DNA of 64,000 nucleotides from Candidatus Bathyarchaeota archaeon (GCA_050123155.1 JASFHP010000002.1:3990-67989); one strand, 5' to 3'. Positions 28,340 through 36,231 are shown, counted from the stretch's first letter. Program-made: numbers and translations. The notes: generated by a model from the sequence alone, not told the origin.

Positions 28340-28634
28340 CTGGTCTTTGAAAACAATTGTAGCAAGTTGGCTGATTGTAAGTATTCTTCTGACGTTTTCA
28401 ACCGGCTGATTTGGTGACTACAACTCTTCAGGGCAACTTTCTGTTTTCTGCCAAGTTTCCAGTATCTTCGGGATACTCTGCCGTAAAAGAAGACGGCGAC
28501 CGATGATACTCCAGTGTAAACTTTGACTTTCTTATGAAAGATGTGCAAGCATGTTGATTGGATTTTGCTAACGCTTATTAGCGCTGTCAGTCAAAATTAG
28601 CGCTTGGTTGCCTAGCCATTCAGGTGAGTTTAAA

Positions 28635-29621
28635 ATGAAAGTGAAAGTTGGCGTCGTTGGTCTTGGGTTCATGGGCTCTGCTCATGCTAGGGTTTACAGC
28701 AAACTTGAGGAATGTGAATTAGTCGGCATTTGCGATAGCAATCCAGAAAGGAAGCATCTAGCCAAAACGTGTAATTGCAAATTTTTCGAGGATTCTGAAG
28801 AGTTTCTGAGGGAGAATTTGGATGCGGTGAGTGTATGTACCCCCACTTCCATGCACAGGGACGTTGTAATGGAGGCTTTGGAAAAAGGCAAGCATGTTTT
28901 AGTTGAGAAGCCTTTCGCTGACACCATGAGAAATGGTGAAGAAATGATGAAGAAAGCGGCGAGAATGGACAGGCTGTTGGCTGTGGGTTACATCGAGAGA
29001 TTCAATTCTGCAGTTAGCAAATTAAAGGAACTCGTGGATTTTTCTCAAATTTATTCCACGGTTTCTATGCGTTTTGGTCCGTTTCCGCCAAGAACAAAAT
29101 ACAGTGGCGTGTTTTTAGATTTAGCATCCCATGAAATCGACATACTGAATTATCTCGCTAAAACCAAGCCAGAAGTGCTTTACACCCATTTTTCCAACAG
29201 GTCAAACGACAGCTTTGAGGATTATGCGTACATTTCGTTGAAGTATGGTCACACGCACAGTCACATTGAGGCAAGTTGGCTGCCGAACTATAAACTGCGT
29301 CTCATCCACCTATACGGGAACGAAAGTTTTTACAGCTTAAATTATGCGCAACAAAAACTTAAAGCTTATAGAGCCCCGCCCAAAGCAAAAATTGAGCATG
29401 GAAGCTGGGATGATATTCTGTGGTTGTCTAGGCATGTGGAGGAGGAGATGCCTGTATCGTCGAGTGAGCCTTTGGTGATGGAATTGCAGTGCTTTGTTGA
29501 ATCTGTTAAAAGAAACGAGGTTTTAGATCCGCTTTGTGACACTCAGGAGGCGCTTCAGGTATTGGAAGTTGCAGAAAGTGCATTCAGCAAAGTTGGAATG
29601 AAAAACAAGAGTGACATCTAG
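28635..29621 (+). CDS. Gfo/Idh/MocA-family oxidoreductase
   Basis: VGVVGLGFMGSAH and LVEKPF motifs. AGGTGA RBS at 28622-28627. Confidence 0.85.
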   Translation: MKVKVGVVGLGFMGSAHARVYSKLEECELVGICDSNPERKHLAKTCNCKFFEDSEEFLRENLDAVSVCTPTSMHRDVVMEALEKGKHVLVEKPFADTMRNGEEMMKKAARMDRLLAVGYIERFNSAVSKLKELVDFSQIYSTVSMRFGPFPPRTKYSGVFLDLASHEIDILNYLAKTKPEVLYTHFSNRSNDSFEDYAYISLKYGHTHSHIEASWLPNYKLRLIHLYGNESFYSLNYAQQKLKAYRAPPKAKIEHGSWDDILWLSRHVEEEMPVSSSEPLVMELQCFVESVKRNEVLDPLCDTQEALQVLEVAESAFSKVGMKNKSDI

Positions 29622-30574
29622 TGCTTTTGTTTTGGATAAGATTTGATGAGGTCGCTTAGTCCCTTCTCAAGCTGGACTTTCGGCTCGTACCCCAAGTTTC
29701 TTCTGGCTTTAGTGATGTCGCCGTAACTGTGCTTTATGTCTCCGGGTCTAGGTTCGGCGTGAACTGGTTTAAGAGCTGTCTTGTCCATAATCTTCTGAAG
29801 TGTTTCTGTGAGCTTGTTTACGGTGATGGGTTCGCCTGTGCTGATGTTGAAAACCTCTCCTGTAGCCTCCCGTTTTGTTAAAGCTAGCATATTAGCTTCT
29901 ACCGCGTCTTTGACGTTGACGAAGTCCCGTGTCTGCTCTCCACTTCCATAAATTGTTGGTGGTTTATCTTCTAAGAGGCAGTTTATGAATATGGAGATTA
30001 CGCCGCTGTAAGGACCATATTTTTGTCTGGGACCATAAACATTGAAGTAGCGTAAACTGACTGTTTCAAGACCATACACATTGTGAAAAACCTTCGCATA
30101 GTTTTCGGCAGCCAACTTGTCAACGGCGTAAGGTGAAAGGGGTTTAGGCGCCAATTTCTCGTGGTTGGGCAGCGTTTCGGTGTCTCCGTATACTGCACAA
30201 GAGGAAGCGAGAACAAATCGTTTTATGTTTGCGTCTACGCTAGCTTTAAGCAGTGTCAGTGTTCCTGTGACGTTTATTTCGTTTGACAGTAAAGGATCTT
30301 CTACTGAACGGGTGACGCTTACCAAGGCTGCTTCGTGAATAACAGCGTCGACGCCTCTAACTGCCTTATTTACCAACTCCAAGTTTCTGATGTCGCCTTC
30401 TATGAACTGAAAATCTTTTTTATTCTGGTGTTGAGCCAGATTCTTTTTTTCTCCCATAGAAAGATTATCAAGAACCCTGACTTTGATCCCTTCATCCAGC
30501 AGCCGATCCACGATGTGGCTGCCTATGAACCCTGCGCCTCCGGTTACAAGAATCTCTGAGAAGTCAAGCGGCAT
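29618..30574 (-). CDS. NAD-dependent sugar epimerase (UDP-hexose 4-epimerase/WbpP-like SDR)
   Basis: VTGGAGFIGSH and YAVDKLAAE (YxxxK). Confidence 0.9.
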   Translation of the reverse strand: MPLDFSEILVTGGAGFIGSHIVDRLLDEGIKVRVLDNLSMGEKKNLAQHQNKKDFQFIEGDIRNLELVNKAVRGVDAVIHEAALVSVTRSVEDPLLSNEINVTGTLTLLKASVDANIKRFVLASSCAVYGDTETLPNHEKLAPKPLSPYAVDKLAAENYAKVFHNVYGLETVSLRYFNVYGPRQKYGPYSGVISIFINCLLEDKPPTIYGSGEQTRDFVNVKDAVEANMLALTKREATGEVFNISTGEPITVNKLTETLQKIMDKTALKPVHAEPRPGDIKHSYGDITKARRNLGYEPKVQLEKGLSDLIKSYPKQKH

Positions 30575-30679
30575 TGTCTTTATCGCTCTTTGTTATCACA
30601 AACGCTTTTTCGGTCTTTAAGGGTAGTGGTCGTCAACCGAAGCTGCTTTCTTATCTCCTCAAAAATTTGGATTATGTTT

Positions 30680-31843
30680 CTATTGTTTCCACCCTTTTCT
30701 GAAGGGCGAAATCTCTCTTAGTCGTTCAACGGCTTTTGACACTACCTTCAGAACGTAATCCACGTCTTCGTTTGTAGTGTATTTTCCTAAAGACAGTCGT
30801 AGGGACCCGTGAGCTTCTTGGGGCTTCAGTCCGATAGCCAACAAGACATGGCTTGCTTCTAGGGAAGCAGAAGAGCATGCTGAGCCAGTGGAGGCGGATA
30901 CGCCGTTCATGTCTAGTTGCAGGAGCAGGGATTCTCCTTCGATGTAAGCGAACCAGAAGCTGGCGTTGTTGGGCAGCCTTTTTGTTGGGTGCCCTGTGAG
31001 TTGTGCATCTTCTATTTTCAGAAGTTCGTTTATCAGCTTGTCTCTGAGGCCAATCTGTTTTTCGGCGTCGGAAGCCATTTCTTGTTTTTGGATTCTGGCT
31101 GCTTCGGCGAAGCCGACAATTCCGGCAACGTTTACTGTTGATGAACGTTTTCGGAATTCGTGTCCTCCTCCGTGCAGGAGCGGCTCAATTTTTATGCCTT
31201 TTCTTATGTATAGTCCGCCGACTCCTTTGGGTCCGTACATTTTGTGGGAGCTGATGGATAACAAGTCTATGTTCATTTTTTTTACGTCGACAGGAATTTT
31301 GCCGAAGCTTTGGGCTGCGTCGGAGTGAAAGTAGACGCCTTTCTCTTCGCAGATTTTTCCTATTGTTTCGATGTCTTGGATGGTGCCTATCTCGTTGTTG
31401 GCGTGCATTATGGAGACTAAGATTGTGTCTTTTCTTATCGCCTTTTCTAATTGGTTTGTGTCGACTGATCCGAATTTGTCTACTGGGAGGCGGGTGATTT
31501 TGAATCCTTGTTTTTCTAGCCATCTGGCAGGTTCGAGCACGCAGTGATGTTCTATCTTGGATGTCACTATGTGTTTTCCTTTTTTTCTGTTGGCGAAGGC
31601 TATTCCCTTCAGTGCCATGTTGGTGGATTCGGTGGCGCTACTCATGAATATTAGTTCGTTGGGTTTGGCGTTCATCATTGCCGCGATTGTTTTTCTGGAT
31701 TGTTCTGCTGCCTCTTTTGCTTCTCTGCCCTGTTTGTGTAGGGAGACGCTGTTTCCATATTTTTCGCTGAAGTAGGGCTTCATGGCTTTGAGTACTCTGG
31801 GGTCAACGGGTGTGGTTGCGGCGTAGTCCATGTAAACTTTCAT
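30680..31843 (-). CDS. Cysteine desulfurase (NifS/IscS class V aminotransferase)
   Basis: SSHKMYGPKG (PLP lysine) and STGSACSS (catalytic Cys loop). Confidence 0.9.
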   Translation of the reverse strand: MKVYMDYAATTPVDPRVLKAMKPYFSEKYGNSVSLHKQGREAKEAAEQSRKTIAAMMNAKPNELIFMSSATESTNMALKGIAFANRKKGKHIVTSKIEHHCVLEPARWLEKQGFKITRLPVDKFGSVDTNQLEKAIRKDTILVSIMHANNEIGTIQDIETIGKICEEKGVYFHSDAAQSFGKIPVDVKKMNIDLLSISSHKMYGPKGVGGLYIRKGIKIEPLLHGGGHEFRKRSSTVNVAGIVGFAEAARIQKQEMASDAEKQIGLRDKLINELLKIEDAQLTGHPTKRLPNNASFWFAYIEGESLLLQLDMNGVSASTGSACSSASLEASHVLLAIGLKPQEAHGSLRLSLGKYTTNEDVDYVLKVVSKAVERLREISPFRKGWKQ

Positions 31844-32031
31844 GCTGTGACACTCAGGAACATAACCCCGTTATACGCTATTTAAAGTTAACTTTGAAGC
31901 GAGCATCAAACCTTAAAATTTTCTGTGATGTTGCATCCGGCTGTAATTCTGTCAAACAGTGACTTGGCTATCAGCGGATACCTAGTGGATACTGTCCTGA
32001 ATTTTCTGCAGCTGTTGTTCTCGTTAGGTTT

Positions 32032-32559
32032 ATGGTCACTGTTAAATTCCATGTCGTTGCTAGTAGTGTTTGGTTGTCGGTTTTGAGGTTCATAACTGAT
32101 GGCATGCTGGGCAAATTAACCCGTTGGCTTCGCATGCTGGGGCACGACGTCACCTATTTCCGGTCGGCTGATGATGAAAAGCTTGTTGAATTGGCGAAAT
32201 CTGAGAAGCGGGTTCTGCTTACCCGCGACCATGAACTGTATCAGCAGGCTGTGGCTCGTGGATTGGATGTGGTTTTGGTTGAGGCAACGGATGAAGCTGG
32301 GAAACTTGCTGATTTGGCTGGGCGGTTCGGTTTTATGTTGGAGGTTGATTTGAGTGTTTCTCGTTGTTCCAAATGTAATGCTAGGATTGAGGCTGTGCCT
32401 AAGGGGGTGGTGGTTGATGAGATTCCTGAGGCAACGTCGATGTATTATGATGATTTTTGGAAGTGTCCGGGGTGCGGTCAGGTGTATTGGCGGGGGGCGC
32501 ACTGGAAGAGGATAGAAAAAACTTTGGAAGAAGCAAAGAGCAAGTTAGGGTTGGTGTAG
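32032..32559 (+). CDS. Mut7-C (DUF82) PIN-like RNase domain protein with a C-terminal Zn-ribbon
   Basis: FITDGMLGKLTRWLRMLGHDV is the family N-terminal signature. CSKC...CPGC Zn ribbon. The true start is probably the TTG at 32083. Confidence 0.75.
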   Translation: MVTVKFHVVASSVWLSVLRFITDGMLGKLTRWLRMLGHDVTYFRSADDEKLVELAKSEKRVLLTRDHELYQQAVARGLDVVLVEATDEAGKLADLAGRFGFMLEVDLSVSRCSKCNARIEAVPKGVVVDEIPEATSMYYDDFWKCPGCGQVYWRGAHWKRIEKTLEEAKSKLGLV

Positions 32560-32652
32560 GTTTTTCTGCGTAACGCTTATCTGAATCTTTTATGTGCTTT
32601 CTCGAAGACATTGGATGGTGAAGTACAAAGGATGGGGAGGTGAAAATGTTTG

Positions 32653-32721
32653 ATGGAGGAAGAAGACTGGGAAGAAGATGAAGATGTTGATGAAGACGAG
32701 GATGAAGACGAGGAATGGTGA
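32653..32721 (+). CDS. Candidate 22-aa hyper-acidic micro-ORF (MEEEDWEEDEDVDEDEDEDEEW)
   Basis: GGAGGTGA at 32636-32643 lies 9 nt upstream of the ATG. It is below the ORF-track length cutoff, and there is no homology evidence. Confidence 0.25.
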   Translation: MEEEDWEEDEDVDEDEDEDEEW

Positions 32722-32826
32722 AACAGACCACAAAACAAAGGCAACTTTTTACTTTTTATGATTTAACTCCCTTCTGAACACAACATCGTCTAAAAAAACG
32801 ATTTCAACAAGATGGTTACGGTTTTT

Positions 32827-32882
32827 CAGAAAAAAAGACTGTTTTCAACAATGTACCTTTATTAGGCTCCTAATATGTGCCG
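32827..32882 (+). repeat. Intergenic motif copy A: GAAAAAAAGACTGTTTTCAACAAT...TATTAGG-ct-CCTAATATGTGCCG
   Basis: It aligns by eye with 60465-60517 (copy B), and its 3' half aligns with 63851-63885 (copy C). A partial tandem unit lies at 32790-32814. Confidence 0.6.
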
Positions 32883-33050
32883 TTTTCCGGATGTTCGGTT
32901 CAGTTGTGTTTGTAATGAATATGTCTATTTGGTTGTGTTTTTTGTTCAAGTTTGCGGCGATTTTTCATCTTTGATTTTTGATGCGATTGCTGGTTAAATT
33001 TGGTTGCATAACTTATTTCGGTCGATTTTTCGTCGTTTTCGATAGCTAAA

Positions 33051-33064
33051 TGAATGTTCATTCA
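33051..33064. promoter_or_regulatory. Inverted repeat TGAATG-tt-CATTCA upstream of the KaiC-like/amt promoter
   Basis: Perfect 6-bp arms. It shares its half-site with the palindromes at glnA (50028-50041) and lrp (50153-50168). Confidence 0.45.
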
Positions 33065-33108
33065 TCCATAATATCTATTATGGAAATATATTCAGTAAAA
33101 AGGAAATG

Positions 33109-33152
33109 TTTATATACAAACAGTCAATATTCTCCAGAATAATTGAATGAAG
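33109..33152 (+). promoter_or_regulatory. Core promoter/leader module TTTATATACAAACA-N21-TGAATGAAG of the KaiC-like/amt operon
   Basis: The same 14-mer, the same 21-nt spacing and the same TGAATGAA box occur on the minus strand upstream of glnA (50023-50068). Confidence 0.6.
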
Positions 33153-33163
33153 TGTGATTCAGT

Positions 33164-33907
33164 ATGGCAATGCAGAAAAAATCAAACATCGAATGGATCG
33201 ACATAGGAGTGGCTGGGCTGAACGAATTCATTCCCGGACTACCAAAAGGTGACGCGATTCTGGTGCGAGGTGAACCAGGTACTGGCAAAACTATCTGTTG
33301 TTTGCAGTTCCTTTACAAGGGCGCAAAGAGCGGCGAAAAGTGCTTGTACATCACTACAGAAGAAACTCCTGAATCGGTAATGCGAACTGGAGGGGAACTT
33401 TGGTCCGATTTTCCAGACCTGATCAGAGCCGGAACAATAAAGGTCATCAACATGTCCATAAGCGCAGAATACGCCAGCGAATACGGCATACTTAACAAGG
33501 CAGAAGCAATGAGCATTGCCGAAAAGGGATTTGCTGCGCAACCCAAAGCATCAAGAATCGTAATTGACTCACTGTCTTCACTGGAGAAGCGCCTGTCTAA
33601 CTTTGACGAGTTCCGAGAAGTCTTCATGAGGCTACTGCTGGAAACCAAACACAAAGGAGCAACCTTACTACTCACCGCCGAAGGCATCCCCCTGACTCCA
33701 GACATCACCGAATACCTTGTAGACCACCTGATATACCTTGACTACCGGAAACAAGACACACAGTGGACACGTGTTTTCATTTTTCGAAAGTCACGAAGCG
33801 TACCCCTAAAGCCGCAGATACTTAAACTGAACATCGAGCCAGGCGGACTGTCAGTAGAAGAAACACCATTCGCACTAAATCCTGTGTGGTTCCAAAGCAA
33901 AATCTAA
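33164..33907 (+). CDS. Single-domain KaiC/RecA-superfamily ATPase (paralog 1)
   Basis: Walker A GEPGTGKT and Walker B-like RIVIDSLSS. The 247-aa size is typical of archaeal KaiC-like proteins. Confidence 0.85.
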   Translation: MAMQKKSNIEWIDIGVAGLNEFIPGLPKGDAILVRGEPGTGKTICCLQFLYKGAKSGEKCLYITTEETPESVMRTGGELWSDFPDLIRAGTIKVINMSISAEYASEYGILNKAEAMSIAEKGFAAQPKASRIVIDSLSSLEKRLSNFDEFREVFMRLLLETKHKGATLLLTAEGIPLTPDITEYLVDHLIYLDYRKQDTQWTRVFIFRKSRSVPLKPQILKLNIEPGGLSVEETPFALNPVWFQSKI

Positions 33908-33929
33908 ACAAAATAATGAGTGATTTGAA

Positions 33930-34670
33930 ATGATGATGAAACAACCAAGCAATATTGAATGGATTGACATCGGGTTGGATGGTCTGGAAAAGTTTATTCC
34001 CGGCATTCCAAGAGGTGACGCGATTCTGGTGCGAGGTGAACCAGGTACTGGCAAAACTATCTGTTGTTTGCAGTTCCTTTACAAGGGCGCAAAACAGGGC
34101 GAAAAGTGCTTGTACATCACTACAGAAGAAACCCCAGAAACAGTAATGCGAACTGGAGGAGAACTCTGGTCTGACTTCCCCAGCCTGATTAGAAATGGAA
34201 CAATAAGGGTCGTCAACTTATCTATCACTGCAAGCTACGCCAGCGAATACTGTCTGATTGACAAAGCAGAAGCTATGGGTATTGTTGCAAAAGGGTTAGC
34301 TGCGCAACCTGGAGCAAGCAGAATCGTGATTGATTCACTGTCTTCACTGGCAAGGCGGTTGTCCAATTCTGATGAATTCCGTCAAGTCTTCATGAAGCTA
34401 CTAATGGAAACCAAAGGCCAAGGGGCAACCGTACTATTTAGTGCCGAAGGCATTCCCGCATCTCCGGGCATCACTGAATACCTTGTAGACCACTTGATAT
34501 ACCTTGACTACCGGAAACACGATGTTGTGTGGACGCGCGTTTTCCTTCTCCGAAAGTCGCGAAGCGTACCTCTGAAGCCGCAGATACTTAAACTGAACAT
34601 CAAAGCAGGCGGACTGTCAGTGGAAGAGATACCATTCTCGCTGAAGCCTGTTTGGTTCGGCGGCAGTTAA
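33930..34670 (+). CDS. Single-domain KaiC/RecA-superfamily ATPase (paralog 2)
   Basis: Same motifs as paralog 1. It is collinear with paralog 1 at a constant 766-nt offset. Confidence 0.85.
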   Translation: MMMKQPSNIEWIDIGLDGLEKFIPGIPRGDAILVRGEPGTGKTICCLQFLYKGAKQGEKCLYITTEETPETVMRTGGELWSDFPSLIRNGTIRVVNLSITASYASEYCLIDKAEAMGIVAKGLAAQPGASRIVIDSLSSLARRLSNSDEFRQVFMKLLMETKGQGATVLFSAEGIPASPGITEYLVDHLIYLDYRKHDVVWTRVFLLRKSRSVPLKPQILKLNIKAGGLSVEEIPFSLKPVWFGGS

Positions 34671-34684
34671 TCGGGTGATGAATA

Positions 34685-36004
34685 ATGACTTTAGATCAAG
34701 CAACTGAAGCATGGGCAGCGTTCCAGCAGAACTTCTTCGTAGGATGGGCACCCGTAGCCATTTTCATCATGGCAACTGCAGGTTTCGCCCTGTTCTATGC
34801 AGGAATGGTCCGCAAAAAGAACGTCACCCACACGATACTTCAAATCAACGTAGGCTGGACACTAGCGTTCGTTATATACTTCCTCGTAGGCTTTCCGTTG
34901 GCATACTACGTGGCTCAACCCGTGTTCGGGTTACCACAATTCGTTCCAACCATCGCTAACCCGCTGCCACCGTTATTGTCTGAAACAGGTGCTTATGGCA
35001 TAGCCGCAAGCCCCTCTGGACTTGGCGACCTTGCAACATGGTTCAAAATGGCGATGTTCGCTATCACCGTCGTAGGCATCGTCCCCGGAGGCATGGCAGA
35101 ACGTGACAAGTTCTGGGGCTGGATCATAGCCGCTGTAGGCGTAGCAGGCTTCATCTACCCTGTTGTTGAGCACTGGGTTTGGGGTGGAGGCTGGCTAAGT
35201 GAAATTGGTTTCATCGATTACGCAGGTTCAGGTGTAGTTCACCTAGTCGGAGGTACACTTGCACTAACTGGAGCATACGTGATTGGTCCAAGGATAGGAA
35301 AATTCGTAGGCAAAAACAAAATGCCACGGACATTCTTTGGGCACAGCATTCCGCTGTCTGTAATTGGTGCATGGCTACTGGCTTTCGGCTGGTTCGGCTT
35401 CAATGTCGGCTCAAGCGTAGCAGCAGACCCAATGACAATCAACGTCGAACTCGCATGGGTCTCACTGACCACGGCAATGTGTATGGCAGGAGGCATGTTC
35501 GGTGCAGCTATCACCTCAAGGGGTCACGTGTTAACAAGCATGGTTGGCTTGCTTGCGGGAGCTGTCACAATATGTTCCGGAGCCGCAATTGTTCATCCTC
35601 TAGCAGGGTTCGTGATTGGCGTAGTCGCGGGAGTAATCACAACATTCACCATTGGACTCCTAGAACACAAGCTTCACATCGACGACGCATGTGGATGTTT
35701 CCCAGTTCACGCAGCATGTGGAGTCTGGGGGCTACTCGCAACAGGGATATTCGGTGGAACCGCTCTTGGAGCACACCCACTCTACGGATTCGCAGACACG
35801 GCAACATGGATCAACCAAATTGGAATACAGGCAATCGGTGCAGCCGCAATAGCACTATGGGCTGGAGCAATGGGACTGATAATGTTCACTGTCTTGAAGA
35901 AACTGAAAATACTACGCGTCACAAGAGATGAAGAACTCTACGGACTCGACATTGCACTGCACAAGACACTAGCATATCCTGAAGACATGATGGAAGAAAA
36001 GTAA
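34685..36004 (+). CDS. amt: Ammonium transporter (Amt/MEP family)
   Basis: DYAGSGVVHLVGG and other Amt signature segments, with ~11 TM helices. It starts 14 nt after the stop of KaiC-like paralog 2. Confidence 0.92.
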   Translation: MTLDQATEAWAAFQQNFFVGWAPVAIFIMATAGFALFYAGMVRKKNVTHTILQINVGWTLAFVIYFLVGFPLAYYVAQPVFGLPQFVPTIANPLPPLLSETGAYGIAASPSGLGDLATWFKMAMFAITVVGIVPGGMAERDKFWGWIIAAVGVAGFIYPVVEHWVWGGGWLSEIGFIDYAGSGVVHLVGGTLALTGAYVIGPRIGKFVGKNKMPRTFFGHSIPLSVIGAWLLAFGWFGFNVGSSVAADPMTINVELAWVSLTTAMCMAGGMFGAAITSRGHVLTSMVGLLAGAVTICSGAAIVHPLAGFVIGVVAGVITTFTIGLLEHKLHIDDACGCFPVHAACGVWGLLATGIFGGTALGAHPLYGFADTATWINQIGIQAIGAAAIALWAGAMGLIMFTVLKKLKILRVTRDEELYGLDIALHKTLAYPEDMMEEK

Positions 36005-36065
36005 GAACAAGCAACCACAGAAAACCCGAAACCTATGTTAACGCCCTTCAAAGGCGCAACCCTTT

Positions 36066-36082
36066 CCCCTTTTTTAAAAAAA
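36066..36082 (+). terminator. Pyrimidine-rich/oligo-T tract after amt
   Basis: CCCCTTTTTTAAAAAAA begins about 60 nt after the amt stop codon. Confidence 0.35.
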
Positions 36083-36231
36083 CTTAATTTGTGATTGTTT
36101 TCACCACAACTATAGCTCGCATGATCAATAAGTGAATCAGCCGCTTTTTTGCCAACGCGTTAAAACCACGTTTCGAAGACCTTAAATATTGAGGCACTGA
36201 TGAACTTTTCAACATCATGGATGGATAACAG

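Noticed and set aside
28273-28548. 91-aa minus-strand ORF, considered as a possible transposase or IS remnant next to TTAGCGCT direct repeats (28577-28604)
   Set aside because: I could name no recognisable transposase motif. It overlaps the 3' end of the YdjM-like gene. The 8-nt repeats are too short to interpret. I leave it unannotated.
32399-32731. 110-aa minus-strand ORF spanning the Mut7-C 3' end and the acidic micro-ORF
   Set aside because: It is Pro/His/Ser/Leu-rich and overlaps the well-supported Mut7-C CDS. Its open frame downstream is explained by the GA-rich codon periodicity of the plus strand.
33108-33163. NrpR-type operator (GGAA-N6-TTCC) at the nitrogen promoters
   Set aside because: The closest match nearby is GGAAATATATTCAG (33082-33095), which has only one good half-site. 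No GGAA-N6-TTCC occurs in the glnA-lrp region. The GAATG palindromes are the better-supported shared element.
35371-35931. 186-aa plus-strand ORF inside amt, and similar long internal or antisense ORFs elsewhere (31185-31523, 49497-49964, 23756-24121, 41846-42127, 34711-34959)
   Set aside because: All of them lie within, or antisense to, strongly supported genes. They encode Arg/His/Pro/Ser-rich low-complexity sequences typical of out-of-frame shadows.
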